A stretch of 64,000 nt of DNA from Capsulimonadaceae bacterium (GCA_965215505.1 OZ244065.1:544001-608000), one strand, 5' to 3'. Counted from the stretch's first letter, positions 48,120 to 57,737 are shown. The notes: generated by a model from the sequence alone, not told the origin. Program-made: numbers and translations.

Positions 48120-48505
48120 ACGGTGAAGAGTTTTCCCAAGTCGGCGTCGCCGGGGCCTTGGCCCACGCCTACGCGCAGGACGCCCGGACGTTCCTGCCCC
48201 TGCTGGGCCAGGTCTTGACGAGCGCCCTGCCCGATGAAACCGTTGTCGAGCGAAAGGGCGGCCTGTTCCAGCGGGAGAAGCCCATCCGCAAGGTGCTGGT
48301 GACATTGGGCGACACGATCTACACGCTGGAAGACTTGGGGCGCGGCCCGCTGTCCGCCTCGCGCGTCAAAGTCGTCCGGGGCATCACGCTCAAGACCGAC
48401 TCGGTGCCCGTTGAAGAGTGGCTGGCCGACCTCAGCGCCCACGTCGCTGGCCGCGCCCAGCAGAACGAGAAGGCCTTTTTCGCGCTCAAGAACCTGCTGG
48501 ATTAG
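48116..48505 (+). CDS. Hypothetical protein
   Basis: ATGA overlap with aroA; host-like codon usage; VVRGITLKT segment. Confidence 0.75.
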   Translation: MNGEEFSQVGVAGALAHAYAQDARTFLPLLGQVLTSALPDETVVERKGGLFQREKPIRKVLVTLGDTIYTLEDLGRGPLSASRVKVVRGITLKTDSVPVEEWLADLSAHVAGRAQQNEKAFFALKNLLD

Positions 48506-48513
48506 GAGCAAAC

Positions 48514-49482
48514 GTGGATCAACGCATCCAGCGCGTCTATGCCGAGACGCCTTACTGGCTGCAAGCAGCCGCCGTCCCAGCACTCACCGTGGCACTTATT
48601 GAGGGCGGCAAGACCGGCGACGTGTTCTGCTTCGGGGTGACGGAACCGGGCGGCAGCGTGCCGATCACGGAGGGGACGATCTTCAAGGCGGCGTCCCTCT
48701 CAAAGCAGGCCCTGCTTTATGCCGTGATGAAGACCATCGAAGCCGGAAAACTAGACGTAGAGCGCCCGCTGGCGCAGTACATGGTCACGCCGTTCGAGGC
48801 AGACGACGTTGATCTGGAACGCATCACCGCCCTCCATGTCCTCACCCACACGACCGGCTGGCACAACTGGCCCCTGGATGACGAGCTGATCACACGCGGA
48901 TGGCCTCTCGGCGAGCGATGGGCCTACTCCGGCCAGGGGTTCCTATACTTGCAGGCTGTGCTGGAAGCGATCTGGAACGAGCCTGCGGCTGATTACCTCC
49001 AGCGCCTGGTTTTTGACCCGCTCGACATGCCCGGAAGCAGCTTCCTGTGGCGGGACGAATACGCGGAGATGGCCGTAGAGGGGTTCGACCAGAACGGGGA
49101 GATTCCCGAGCATTGCCGCTGGTATCCAACGGAAGTGAACACCGGGGGCGGCCTGCACACGACGGCTCGGGAGTACGCACGCCTGCTGGAAGCGTATCTG
49201 GAGCCGAGTCTTCGCCTGCGTCATCCTGACGTGTACAGCCGCCAGGTCGCGATTGACGCGCGGCTCGGCTGGTCACTCGGCTGGGGCACCGCGGGCGATG
49301 TCCTCTGGCAGTGGGGCTACCATACCGCCTTCTGCGCCTTCGCCGCCCTCGTGCCGGAGCGCGGCCTCGGCATCGTCATCCTGACGAACGGCGCAAAAGG
49401 CCAGCGCATCAACCGCGAATGGGTCAATGCCTGGCTGGAAACGGATTTGCCGCCGTTCTATCTGAAGTCCATCGCACTCTGA
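48514..49482 (+). CDS. Serine hydrolase, beta-lactamase/AmpC-like family
   Basis: FKAASLSK (SxxK), LTHTTG, WAYSG; SD AGGAG before a GTG. Confidence 0.88.
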   Translation: MDQRIQRVYAETPYWLQAAAVPALTVALIEGGKTGDVFCFGVTEPGGSVPITEGTIFKAASLSKQALLYAVMKTIEAGKLDVERPLAQYMVTPFEADDVDLERITALHVLTHTTGWHNWPLDDELITRGWPLGERWAYSGQGFLYLQAVLEAIWNEPAADYLQRLVFDPLDMPGSSFLWRDEYAEMAVEGFDQNGEIPEHCRWYPTEVNTGGGLHTTAREYARLLEAYLEPSLRLRHPDVYSRQVAIDARLGWSLGWGTAGDVLWQWGYHTAFCAFAALVPERGLGIVILTNGAKGQRINREWVNAWLETDLPPFYLKSIAL

Positions 49483-49509
49483 AACATTGAACTCTGAAAC
49501 GAGGTAATC

Positions 49510-50397
49510 GTGCCCCTCTTCGGCAAGCGCAACGCGGACGTAGACGACCATGCTAAACAGGACCAGGAACGGCTCGCCCAGGGCCGCCTGCCGCTCGGGG
49601 CGGAGCTGCGGCTGACGGAGCTACGCAAGAACGGGAAGTTCTTCACCAGCAGCCTCAGTGTCAACGAGTTCGCGCTGTCCGTTTCGGAGGGCGTCCGCCC
49701 CCTGGGACAGGTCATGGGCAGCACCATCTACCACGTCGGCTGGCAGTACACGCCCATGTATTCCAGCACGGAACTCGTTACCCTCAGCCACGCCCAGTAT
49801 CACGCCCGGCTGCTCGCGATCTCCCGCTTGCAGCAGGAAGCGCGGGTCTTGGGCGCGCACGGCGTCATCGGCGTCCGCCTGGAGCGCCAGGCGTATGAAT
49901 GGGGCGAGAACCTGCTGGAATTCGCCGCGCGGGGAACCGCCGTCGCCCTGCCGGGCATCCCCGTCCCCGAACACCCCTTCGTCTGCGCCCTGTCCGGGCA
50001 GGAGTTCTACGCCCTGCGGCGCGGCGGGTTTGTCCCGGTCGGCGTGGCCTTCGGCACCTGCACCTACTACCACGTCGCCTCGTACCAGACTCAGTGGGTC
50101 AACCAGGGCGGCTTCTTTGGCGGCGGCATGAGGAACCAGGAGCTGACCGACTACACCCAGGCCGTCTACACCGCCCGCCACGCCGCCATGAGTCGCCTGA
50201 GCGACGAGGCCCACCGCGTCGCCGCCGAGGGCGTTGTCGGCGTGACGATTGAGGATTATATCCGGCCTCGCGAGGTGGAGGTCAACAACCAACAGCGCCG
50301 CGACCTGCTCGTCGAGTTCACCGCCCTCGGGACCGCCATCGTCGCGGCGGGCAGTGACACGCTGGCGATTGACTATGCCCTGCCGCTGACGGGCTGA
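49510..50397 (+). CDS. Double YbjQ/UPF0145-domain protein, copy 1
   Basis: Two repeats of EA...GAxGVxGV...A.GTA; FTSSLSVNEF. Confidence 0.85.
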   Translation: MPLFGKRNADVDDHAKQDQERLAQGRLPLGAELRLTELRKNGKFFTSSLSVNEFALSVSEGVRPLGQVMGSTIYHVGWQYTPMYSSTELVTLSHAQYHARLLAISRLQQEARVLGAHGVIGVRLERQAYEWGENLLEFAARGTAVALPGIPVPEHPFVCALSGQEFYALRRGGFVPVGVAFGTCTYYHVASYQTQWVNQGGFFGGGMRNQELTDYTQAVYTARHAAMSRLSDEAHRVAAEGVVGVTIEDYIRPREVEVNNQQRRDLLVEFTALGTAIVAAGSDTLAIDYALPLTG

Positions 50398-50414
50398 GGC
50401 GAAGGGGCCGCGCC

Positions 50415-51134
50415 TTGTTTGTAAGCCGTTTGAGCGTGAACGAGTTCGTCCTGGCCCCCCATTTGACCGTGCTGGGCGTCGCCGTCGGTAGCATCGTCTA
50501 TGCCCTGCCGGAGCAGGAATGTCCCGAGAACAGCCGGGCCATGAAGGGGATGACCGGCGACCGGATGCGGGTCCTCCGGGCGGCCTATGACCGGCTGGAG
50601 AAGCAGGCCAATCGGCTGGGCGCATCAGGCGTCGTCGGCATCCGCATCACGCACCGCGAGGTCGCCGAGGGCCTGTGGGAGTATTCGGTCCAGGGCACTG
50701 CCATCAAAGGGTGCGCGCCCGGCGCGGGCGGACGGCCCTTCACCTGCACGCTCACGGGCCAGGACTATTTCGCGCTGACGGCCGCCGGTTACCGCCCTAT
50801 CGGCGTCGCCGTGGGCGTCTGTGTCTACTACCAGAGGTTCCACCAGCGCGTCCAGCAGGAGATCACGGGTTCCGGCCGGAACGTCGAGCGCAGCGACTTC
50901 ACGCGCGGCCTTTACACCGCCCGCCACAACGCCCTGACCGCTCTGGAAGCCGAAGCCGCCGCGCTCGGGGCGGACGGCGTCCTCGGCATCACCGTCGAGA
51001 CGAAAAGGACGCTGGACAGAAGAGGCCAGGCGACGCAGGGCATGATGATCGAGTTCACCGCCCTGGGAACTGCCGTCATAGGTGCAGGTGGCCCTGCACC
51101 GACCGTTGACTACGCGATGCCGCTCACCGGCTGA
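50415..51134 (+). CDS. Double YbjQ/UPF0145-domain protein, copy 2
   Basis: LSVNEF, GASGVVGI, GADGVLGI, EFTALGTA. Confidence 0.8.
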   Translation: MFVSRLSVNEFVLAPHLTVLGVAVGSIVYALPEQECPENSRAMKGMTGDRMRVLRAAYDRLEKQANRLGASGVVGIRITHREVAEGLWEYSVQGTAIKGCAPGAGGRPFTCTLTGQDYFALTAAGYRPIGVAVGVCVYYQRFHQRVQQEITGSGRNVERSDFTRGLYTARHNALTALEAEAAALGADGVLGITVETKRTLDRRGQATQGMMIEFTALGTAVIGAGGPAPTVDYAMPLTG

Positions 51135-51208
51135 CGCGGCTGCAACTTAGTTGGGGCTGCCGTGTCTCTATTCAGTAAGCGGAGCGGACGGGCGATCAGG
51201 GCGAACCG

Positions 51209-51358
51209 GACGAGTGAATGAATTCACTCGCTGCGCGCCGGACCTGTCCAGGGGACAGAAGATCAGCCGAAGGATCGCCGTCGGGAACCCGTTTCCGAAA
51301 TCCGCTCCTTTGTCCCTTGGACAAATCTGAGTGGAGCGAGTGAATTCATTCACTCGTC
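51209..51358. repeat. REPIN/MITE-like bipartite palindromic element, copy 2
   Basis: Perfect 24-nt terminal inverted repeats; inner arms match copy 1 in the opposite orientation. Confidence 0.8.
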
Positions 51359-51409
51359 CTTCTTCCGACCCAGCACCCCAAGTGCCGCCGCGTAACATCA
51401 GCGAAAAAC

Positions 51410-52312
51410 ATGGCGACCATTAAAGGCAAATCCAATGACGAGTGGCGGAACAAGCGGAGCCAGGAACAGCTCATGCAGGGCGGCCTGCCGCTCAACGCCG
51501 AGTGGCGTCTGCGGACGCTGCGCGAGAACAAACGCCTCTTCACCAGCAGCCTGAGCGTCAATGAGTTCGTCCTCACCCGCGCCGAACGGATCAGCCCGCT
51601 GGGGCAGGTGACGGGCAACTGTTCCTACCATGTCGGCTGGCAGCCCTCGGCGGTCTACGCCGGCATGGAGCTGACCGTGGTTTCGCGGGCGCACAACGAG
51701 GCCTGGCGGCTGGCTCTTTCCCGCCTGCAAGCGGAGGCGAAGGAGCTGGGCGCGCACGGCATCGTCGGCGTGACCCTGACGGCGAAACCGTCGGCCTCGG
51801 ACGAGAGAATGCTGGAGGTGAGCGCGCTGGGGACGGCGATCCGCTGGCAGGGTGCCCCGGTGACATCCGCGCCCTTCGTGTCCGCCCTGTCCGGCCAGGA
51901 GTTTTGGGCGCTCCTCAGCGCGGGCTACCGCCCGGTCGGCGTCGCCTACGGCACCTGTGTCTACCAGCAGGTGACGACGAACGCGACCAAGTGGATCACC
52001 GGCAGCCGCCTCCTGAACGGCGCGGCCCGCGTCAACCAGGAGCTGCGGGAATACACGTCCGGGTTCAGCGAGTCGCGCCGCCTCGCCGTTCAGTACATGG
52101 AAGCGGAGGCGAATCGGTTGAACGCGGCGGGCATCGTCGGCGTGAAGATCGAGAAACAGATCACCCTCCGCGAAGTGGAGGTCGAACTGTATGAAGACGA
52201 AAGGAAGCAGAAGCGCAAGGACCTGATCGTCCGTTTCTTCGTCCTCGGCACGGCCATCGCGCCGTTTTTGGAGTATCAGCCGGTCATCCACCCCGTCGTC
52301 TCACTCGGCTAA
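51410..52312 (+). CDS. Double YbjQ/UPF0145-domain protein, copy 3
   Basis: FTSSLSVNEF, GAHGIVGV, LSGQEF, AAGIVGV. Confidence 0.85.
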   Translation: MATIKGKSNDEWRNKRSQEQLMQGGLPLNAEWRLRTLRENKRLFTSSLSVNEFVLTRAERISPLGQVTGNCSYHVGWQPSAVYAGMELTVVSRAHNEAWRLALSRLQAEAKELGAHGIVGVTLTAKPSASDERMLEVSALGTAIRWQGAPVTSAPFVSALSGQEFWALLSAGYRPVGVAYGTCVYQQVTTNATKWITGSRLLNGAARVNQELREYTSGFSESRRLAVQYMEAEANRLNAAGIVGVKIEKQITLREVEVELYEDERKQKRKDLIVRFFVLGTAIAPFLEYQPVIHPVVSLG

Positions 52313-52339
52313 CTTCAGCAAACAAAGGAGAACACTTTA

Positions 52340-53179
52340 ATGCCTAATCCCTACACCCCCGGCTCGCAGGAGGGCCTGCCGGCCAACGCCCGAGGCCGAC
52401 TAGCCGCCATGCGGCCCGGCGCGAACCAGAAGGGCCTTTTTACCAGCGACCTGTCCGTCAACGAGTTCCTGCTGGTCAAGGAGGCCGGATTTGACCCGCT
52501 CGGGCTGGTCGTCGGGTCCTCCATCTACCACATCGGCTGGCAGAAGCCGGCCATGAATCAGAGCATGGAGCTGGAGACGCTGACGCAGGCCATGTACCAT
52601 GCCCGCGAGCTGGCAATGACGCGCATGGAGGAGGAAGCCGACAGCATCGGTGCGGACGGCATCGTCGGCGTCCGGCTGGAGGTGGGGCGGCAGGAGTGGG
52701 GCGAGAACCTGGCCGAGTTCATCGCCATCGGGACGGCCATCAAGGCGCGCAACGGGGAGAGCCACCGGGCACCCAACGGGCGGCCCTTCACCAGTGACCT
52801 GAGCGGGCAGGACTTCTGGACACTGATAAAATCCGGCTACCGGCCCGTCTCGTTCGTCATGGGCAACTGCGTCTACCACGTCGGCTACCAGGGCGTCAAA
52901 GCCTGGTTCTCGCAGATCGGCCAGAACGTGGAGATGCCGACCTACACGCAGGCCATCTACGATGCCCGCGAGCTTTCCCTGGCGCGGATGCAGGCCGAGG
53001 CGGAGCAGTTGCAGGCGGACGGCATCGTCGGGGCGACCATCAAGGAGAACTCGCACGGCTGGGGCAGCCATGTCATCGAGTATTTTGCCGTCGGCACCAG
53101 CATCATCGCCACCCGTGCCGACCACACCATTCCTACCCCGCAGCTCATGCTGCCGCTCTCGGACGCGGGGCGCTTCTGA
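52340..53179 (+). CDS. Double YbjQ/UPF0145-domain protein, copy 4
   Basis: FTSDLSVNEF, GADGIVGV, FTSDLSGQDF, ADGIVG. Confidence 0.87.
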   Translation: MPNPYTPGSQEGLPANARGRLAAMRPGANQKGLFTSDLSVNEFLLVKEAGFDPLGLVVGSSIYHIGWQKPAMNQSMELETLTQAMYHARELAMTRMEEEADSIGADGIVGVRLEVGRQEWGENLAEFIAIGTAIKARNGESHRAPNGRPFTSDLSGQDFWTLIKSGYRPVSFVMGNCVYHVGYQGVKAWFSQIGQNVEMPTYTQAIYDARELSLARMQAEAEQLQADGIVGATIKENSHGWGSHVIEYFAVGTSIIATRADHTIPTPQLMLPLSDAGRF

Positions 53180-53199
53180 GGACCTGGGCAGTGACAAAC

Positions 53200-53231
53200 G
53201 AAAGGGGAGGCCGGAACCGGCCTCCCCTTTC
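53200..53231. terminator. Bidirectional terminator between convergent genes
   Basis: GAAAGGGGAGGCCGG-AA-CCGGCCTCCCCTTTC. Confidence 0.8.
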
Positions 53232-53247
53232 TCCTGAACTCCGCGCC

Positions 53248-53511
53248 TTATGAGTGCTTCTTGCCGGCTTCGCCCTTGACCTTCTGCGCGGCATCCCCGA
53301 CCCGCAGGGTGGTCGTGCGCGTCGAGGGGTCGCCGTTGTGGTATTCTTCCAGCATGGCATCGCCGAGTTTCACGGTGACGGCGGGCGCTGTGGCCTTGGC
53401 GGGGGCCTGCTTGACCGGAGCCGGTGCCCCGGAGGCGTGAGCGGCCGTCATGCCGACCGCCGCCATGCCTGCGAGGAGCGAAAGAAGGCGCCCCGTCTTC
53501 TGTGCGTTCAT
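53248..53511 (-). CDS. Small secreted protein (87 aa)
   Basis: SD AAGGAG; signal peptide MNAQKTGRLLSLLAGMAAVGMTAAHA. Confidence 0.75.
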   Translation of the reverse strand: MNAQKTGRLLSLLAGMAAVGMTAAHASGAPAPVKQAPAKATAPAVTVKLGDAMLEEYHNGDPSTRTTTLRVGDAAQKVKGEAGKKHS

Positions 53512-53531
53512 GGTTTTCTCCTTCGTAATCG

Positions 53532-53639
53532 TCGCAGTTCGGCAGCCCGGCGGCCATTCCCCGTGGTTCTGACTGAGGGGAGGGAAGCCCGTAGCTTTGC
53601 GTCCCGCCCTTTCGGACGGTTTGCCCTGTTCGTTTGCGA
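53532..53639 (-). ncRNA. Cyclic di-GMP-I (GEMM-I) riboswitch
   Basis: Minus strand reads ACAGGGCAAACCGTCCGAAAGGGCGGGACGCAAAGCTACGGG...GCCGGGCTGCCGAA; closing TCGCA/TGCGA pairing. Confidence 0.88.
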
Positions 53640-53762
53640 AGGATAACGGCTTTCTAAGGGCCGTCTGCTCTTGATTATGCCGCCCTGGGCCGAAGTCTTT
53701 ACTGCGACATATACCAGGATCGGGAGAGAACGAAACCATGTCCGCCGCCCGCTGCGTCCGTC

Positions 53763-56006
53763 CTATGGGGCGCTCGGCGGGGGTGTAGAAAGCTCCAGGT
53801 TCATGAACGGGAAGTCCCCGAAGACGACCGGCTCGGAACCCCGCATGCCGGAGAGAAGCCCCAGGTAGATGGAAGGGGCCGGGAGGTTTTGCATGGCCTG
53901 GGGCAGCAGCGGCTGCAACAGGACCGCCTGTGTTAGCTGGGAAGGACTCAGGGCGGAAACCGGCAGACGGCCTTCCAGCAGCGCCGTCCGCTGCCCGTCG
54001 TCCAGGCTCCCGTAGAACTGGACCGTATGCGGCAGCATCTTGAGGGCGGCGACCGACCAATTGAACGGCGGACTTTGCGTGTCGAAGCTGGCGATGGTGG
54101 TGCCGGAAGACCCGGCGGTAAAAGGGAGGAAGGGGCGCAGGCCCTCGTTGAGCTTCGCCGAGGCGTCGCTCTGGGCTGCGAGTTCCCTCTCCTCCGGCTG
54201 GAACAGTGCCAGCCCGTTCCGTATCTGCCAGGGCGTCAATGCGCCGCTCACTTCCGCCGCCCAGTCCCAGGTCTGCTTCATTACTGCCGTCCGCTCCTCC
54301 GGGGACTGCGGCATCACGGGCCGCTTCGGGGGAGCGGCCCCCGGCGCAATCGGGCGCGCGGCGGCCTGTGCCGATGCGAACGTGGTGAGCTGCCGACGGG
54401 CCTGGAGCAGCGTCCCGAACCAGCGGCGCAGCAAGGGCTGAGGCACTTCCAGGCCATCGTCCCGATACCAGCGGTTGTTGCGGACCAGAGTAATGCCGTC
54501 CGCGTCCTCCGTCCAGCTTATGTCGCGTTTAGCCGCCAGTTCGTCCAGCTCCACGGCCAGCGGACGCCGGACCGGCATCTTCTTCTGCGCCTCCGGCATG
54601 GCATACCCGCCGTAGGTGTGATAGTCGCAGTAGTAGTCGCTGACGTACTCCATATGGCCCTGCTGCCCCAGCCAGTCTATCTGCGCCGCGCGGCTGATGT
54701 TGGGCCGGCGGATGCCGCCATCCTCCTCCGGCAGCTTGGGCAAAATGTTAGGCCAGACGCGGCTCTTCTGGTAGGCCGCCATCTGCTTCCACTCCGGCGG
54801 GGCGGCATCGCCCATCCCGTAGACCAGGTAGATGATATGCTTGAAGTCCGGCGGCGCGGCGTCCCCTTGCCTAATCAGGTCGTCGGCCCAGTGTTTCCAA
54901 CCTGGCGCGGTCAAGAAGCCCCCATACATCTCGTGGAACAGCTCCGTCTGGTCCAGGGTGAGGACCGGAAAGCCTGGTGTCCTCGGCACCGCCAACTCCA
55001 ACAGCCCGCTGGCCGAGGGCGGCCCGTTGAAGGGCGAGGCGATCACGTCAGTCCCCCCGTTCTGGAACAGGAAGTAGACCTTGCTCGGGTCGAAAGCCGC
55101 CATGTCCTTCCGCGCCTGAACCGCGTACTTCTGGAGGGCCGGCGGGGCCTGGGCCAGACGGTCCGCGCTGGCCTGCATCGCCTCCTTGAAGCGTTCCTGT
55201 GTCTGCGGCGGCATCTGTGACAGCCAGCCGATCGCGCCGGTCTTTTCGCCCCCGTTGCCAAAACTCACACTATCCGCCTCATAGAAGGCGCTCTCGTCCA
55301 TGTTGGCGGCGATCTGCTCCTTCAGCGGCTGCGGCAGAGAGTGGAAGAAGTCGTGCTGGTTCGCCACGTCTGCCTCTACGGCAAGGTCCGACTGCTCCGG
55401 GTCCGGGTCGCCCGCTTGACGCCGGCGGGCCTTCGTCTCCATGGCCGCAAGTACCGCCTGCCGCTGCAAGGCCAGCGCCTTCTCCCGCTCGCCCAGGAAC
55501 AGACGCCACCACTCCGTTCGGGCGTCGGCGGCCTGCCTGGTCATGGAAAGCTGGTAGCCGTGCGGCGTCGGCGTCCAGACGCCGGGCACCATCTCGGCCA
55601 GGGCCGTCATCAAGGTCCGCAGGGGGCGGGCGTTGAGCCGGATCTGCATCTTGAGATCGGCGCAGTCGGGGGCGGCGGTGAGCAGGAACCGATGCCCGTC
55701 TTCCATCTTGTCGGTACTCTTGTCCAGGCTCTCCTGTTGCAGCACCTCGCCCAAAGGCACGCTGATGAGGTCGAGGGTGACGGGTCGGTCCAGTCGGCTG
55801 TCCCTGTCCAGCAGCGCCTTCTGGCTGACGGTGAGGGGCGCGGCGGCAGGCGTGACGGCCGCCGGCTTCTGGGCGAGGGCCGCACCGGGCAGCGCGGCCA
55901 GCAACAGAAGGAGTGCCGCCAGTCGGCGGGGGCGCTGGGCGGGACGACACGGTAACAGACTGTTCACGGGTTGACCTCCTGACGGAACGGAGCGGGGGGA
56001 GTCCAC
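53763..56006 (-). CDS. Large secreted hypothetical protein with STN-like N-terminal segment (alternative GTG start at 55967)
   Basis: Signal peptide; LDRPVTLDLISVPLGEVL and RPLRTLMTALAEM resemble secretin/TonB N-terminal domains. Confidence 0.7.
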   Translation of the reverse strand: MDSPRSVPSGGQPVNSLLPCRPAQRPRRLAALLLLLAALPGAALAQKPAAVTPAAAPLTVSQKALLDRDSRLDRPVTLDLISVPLGEVLQQESLDKSTDKMEDGHRFLLTAAPDCADLKMQIRLNARPLRTLMTALAEMVPGVWTPTPHGYQLSMTRQAADARTEWWRLFLGEREKALALQRQAVLAAMETKARRRQAGDPDPEQSDLAVEADVANQHDFFHSLPQPLKEQIAANMDESAFYEADSVSFGNGGEKTGAIGWLSQMPPQTQERFKEAMQASADRLAQAPPALQKYAVQARKDMAAFDPSKVYFLFQNGGTDVIASPFNGPPSASGLLELAVPRTPGFPVLTLDQTELFHEMYGGFLTAPGWKHWADDLIRQGDAAPPDFKHIIYLVYGMGDAAPPEWKQMAAYQKSRVWPNILPKLPEEDGGIRRPNISRAAQIDWLGQQGHMEYVSDYYCDYHTYGGYAMPEAQKKMPVRRPLAVELDELAAKRDISWTEDADGITLVRNNRWYRDDGLEVPQPLLRRWFGTLLQARRQLTTFASAQAAARPIAPGAAPPKRPVMPQSPEERTAVMKQTWDWAAEVSGALTPWQIRNGLALFQPEERELAAQSDASAKLNEGLRPFLPFTAGSSGTTIASFDTQSPPFNWSVAALKMLPHTVQFYGSLDDGQRTALLEGRLPVSALSPSQLTQAVLLQPLLPQAMQNLPAPSIYLGLLSGMRGSEPVVFGDFPFMNLELSTPPPSAP

Positions 56007-56155
56007 GATGGCCTCCTGGGATGATTATACGGCGGCGGCGGCCCGATGTCAAATTATTTTGCGGCGCGCGCATATCAGGAAGGAAAAGCCTGTTCCACTC
56101 GCGAACAGTGCTTTACGAAACAGGGACGTGACCAGGGTTCAGGAGGAACGAAACG

Positions 56156-57691
56156 ATGCTCTCTCAGGTAGATTCCAGCGCCATTCTCGGCGTTGATGCG
56201 TACATCGTCCGGGTCGAGGTGGATATCTCCTCTTCCCTCGCCATCTTCACCATCGTCGGCCTGCCGGATGCCGCCGTGCAGGAGTCGCGGGAGCGCGTCC
56301 GCAGCGCCATCAAGAACACCGGGCTTGACTTCCCGCTCCGGCGGATCACGATCAACCTCGCGCCCGCCGACATCAAGAAGCAGGGACCCGCCTTCGACCT
56401 ACCCATCGCCGTCGGCATCCTGGCCGCGACCGGGCAGGTGCGGACCGAACACATCAGCGAAGGCATGTTCGTCGGCGAGCTGGCCCTGGACGGGGCCGTC
56501 AGCCCCGTGTCGGGCGTCCTGCCCATGGCGATCAAGGCGCGGGCGGACAAGCGGCCCTTCCTGGTCGTCCCCGAGGCCAACGCCCAGGAGGCGGCCATCG
56601 TCGGGGATGTCAAGGTATTCGCCGTCCGCTCCCTGGCCGACGTGGTCGTCCTGCTCAACGACTTCGACGCCCAGACGCCCCTGACGGCGGACCCGACCGC
56701 CTTGCTGCACCAGCCCAATGCGGACGACCTGGACTTCTGCGAGGTCAAGGGCCAGGAACACGTCAAGCGCGCCCTGGAAGTGGCCGCAGCCGGTGGTCAT
56801 AACATCCTGCTGGTGGGACCGCCCGGCTCGGGGAAGACCATGCTGGCCCGGCGCGTACCGTCCATCCTGCCTCCGCTGACGCTCGAAGAGTCGCTGGACG
56901 TGACCAAGATCTACTCGGTCGGCGGGCTTCTGGGGACGCACAAGGCCCTGGTGACGCGGCGGCCCTTCCGGTCCCCGCACCACTCGATCTCGAACGCCGC
57001 CCTGGCGGGAGGCGGCAGTACGCCCCGCCCCGGTGAGGTGTCGCTTGCTCACAACGGCATACTTTTTCTGGACGAGCTGCCGGAGTTCAAGCGGGACGTG
57101 CTGGAAGTACTGCGCCAGCCTTTAGAGGACGGCCACGTCACCATCGCCCGCATCGCGGCGACGATGACCTACCCGGCCCGGCTGATGCTGGTGGCCGCCA
57201 TGAACCCTTGTCCGTGCGGCTACTACGGGGACACGGTGAAGACCTGCGCCTGTTCGCCGCCGACCATCGCCAAGTACCTCCAGCGCATCAGCGGGCCGCT
57301 GCTGGACCGCATAGACATCCACATCGAGGTGCCGCGTCTACGCCAGGACGAGATGATCCAGGGTGGCGGGACCGGCGAGCCGTCCGCCTCCATCCGGGGC
57401 CGCGTGCTGGGCGCGAGGGAGCGGCAGCGGCAGCGATTTGAAAAGACGGACCTGCACTGCAATGCCCACATGGGCGCGCGGCAGATCAAGCAGTTCTGCC
57501 GCGTCGCCGACGACGTGAAGGATCTGCTGCGCGCGGCGATCTCACAGCTCGGCCTGTCCGCGCGGGCCTACGACCGCATCCTGAAGCTGTCCCGCACCAT
57601 CGCCGACCTGGACGCGGAGGAGGACGTCCAACTGGCCCATGTCGCCGAGGCCATCCAGTACCGCGCCCTGGACCGGAAGCTGTGGGGATGA
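56156..57691 (+). CDS. comM: ComM/YifB Mg-chelatase-like AAA+ helicase
   Basis: VGLPDAAVQESRERV, GPPGSGKT, RPFRSPHH, NPCPCG, SARAYDR. Confidence 0.95.
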   Translation: MLSQVDSSAILGVDAYIVRVEVDISSSLAIFTIVGLPDAAVQESRERVRSAIKNTGLDFPLRRITINLAPADIKKQGPAFDLPIAVGILAATGQVRTEHISEGMFVGELALDGAVSPVSGVLPMAIKARADKRPFLVVPEANAQEAAIVGDVKVFAVRSLADVVVLLNDFDAQTPLTADPTALLHQPNADDLDFCEVKGQEHVKRALEVAAAGGHNILLVGPPGSGKTMLARRVPSILPPLTLEESLDVTKIYSVGGLLGTHKALVTRRPFRSPHHSISNAALAGGGSTPRPGEVSLAHNGILFLDELPEFKRDVLEVLRQPLEDGHVTIARIAATMTYPARLMLVAAMNPCPCGYYGDTVKTCACSPPTIAKYLQRISGPLLDRIDIHIEVPRLRQDEMIQGGGTGEPSASIRGRVLGARERQRQRFEKTDLHCNAHMGARQIKQFCRVADDVKDLLRAAISQLGLSARAYDRILKLSRTIADLDAEEDVQLAHVAEAIQYRALDRKLWG

Positions 57692-57737
57692 CTGCCACAG
57701 GAATCTGTCGTCCGTCGTTTTCCCTATCGACGGCCAG

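Noticed and set aside
48514-49482. True beta-lactam resistance gene
   Set aside because: No signal peptide and a divergent third motif; a generic serine hydrolase is all the sequence supports
53248-54060. 270-aa minus-strand ORF
   Set aside because: Only the last 87 codons have an SD and a signal peptide; the upstream part runs through the riboswitch and the neighbouring gene
56090-56108. LexA/SOS box upstream of comM (CTGTTC-N7-GAACAG)
   Set aside because: The spacing fits neither the CTGT-N8-ACAG nor the GAAC-N4-GTTC consensus; a single short palindrome is insufficient
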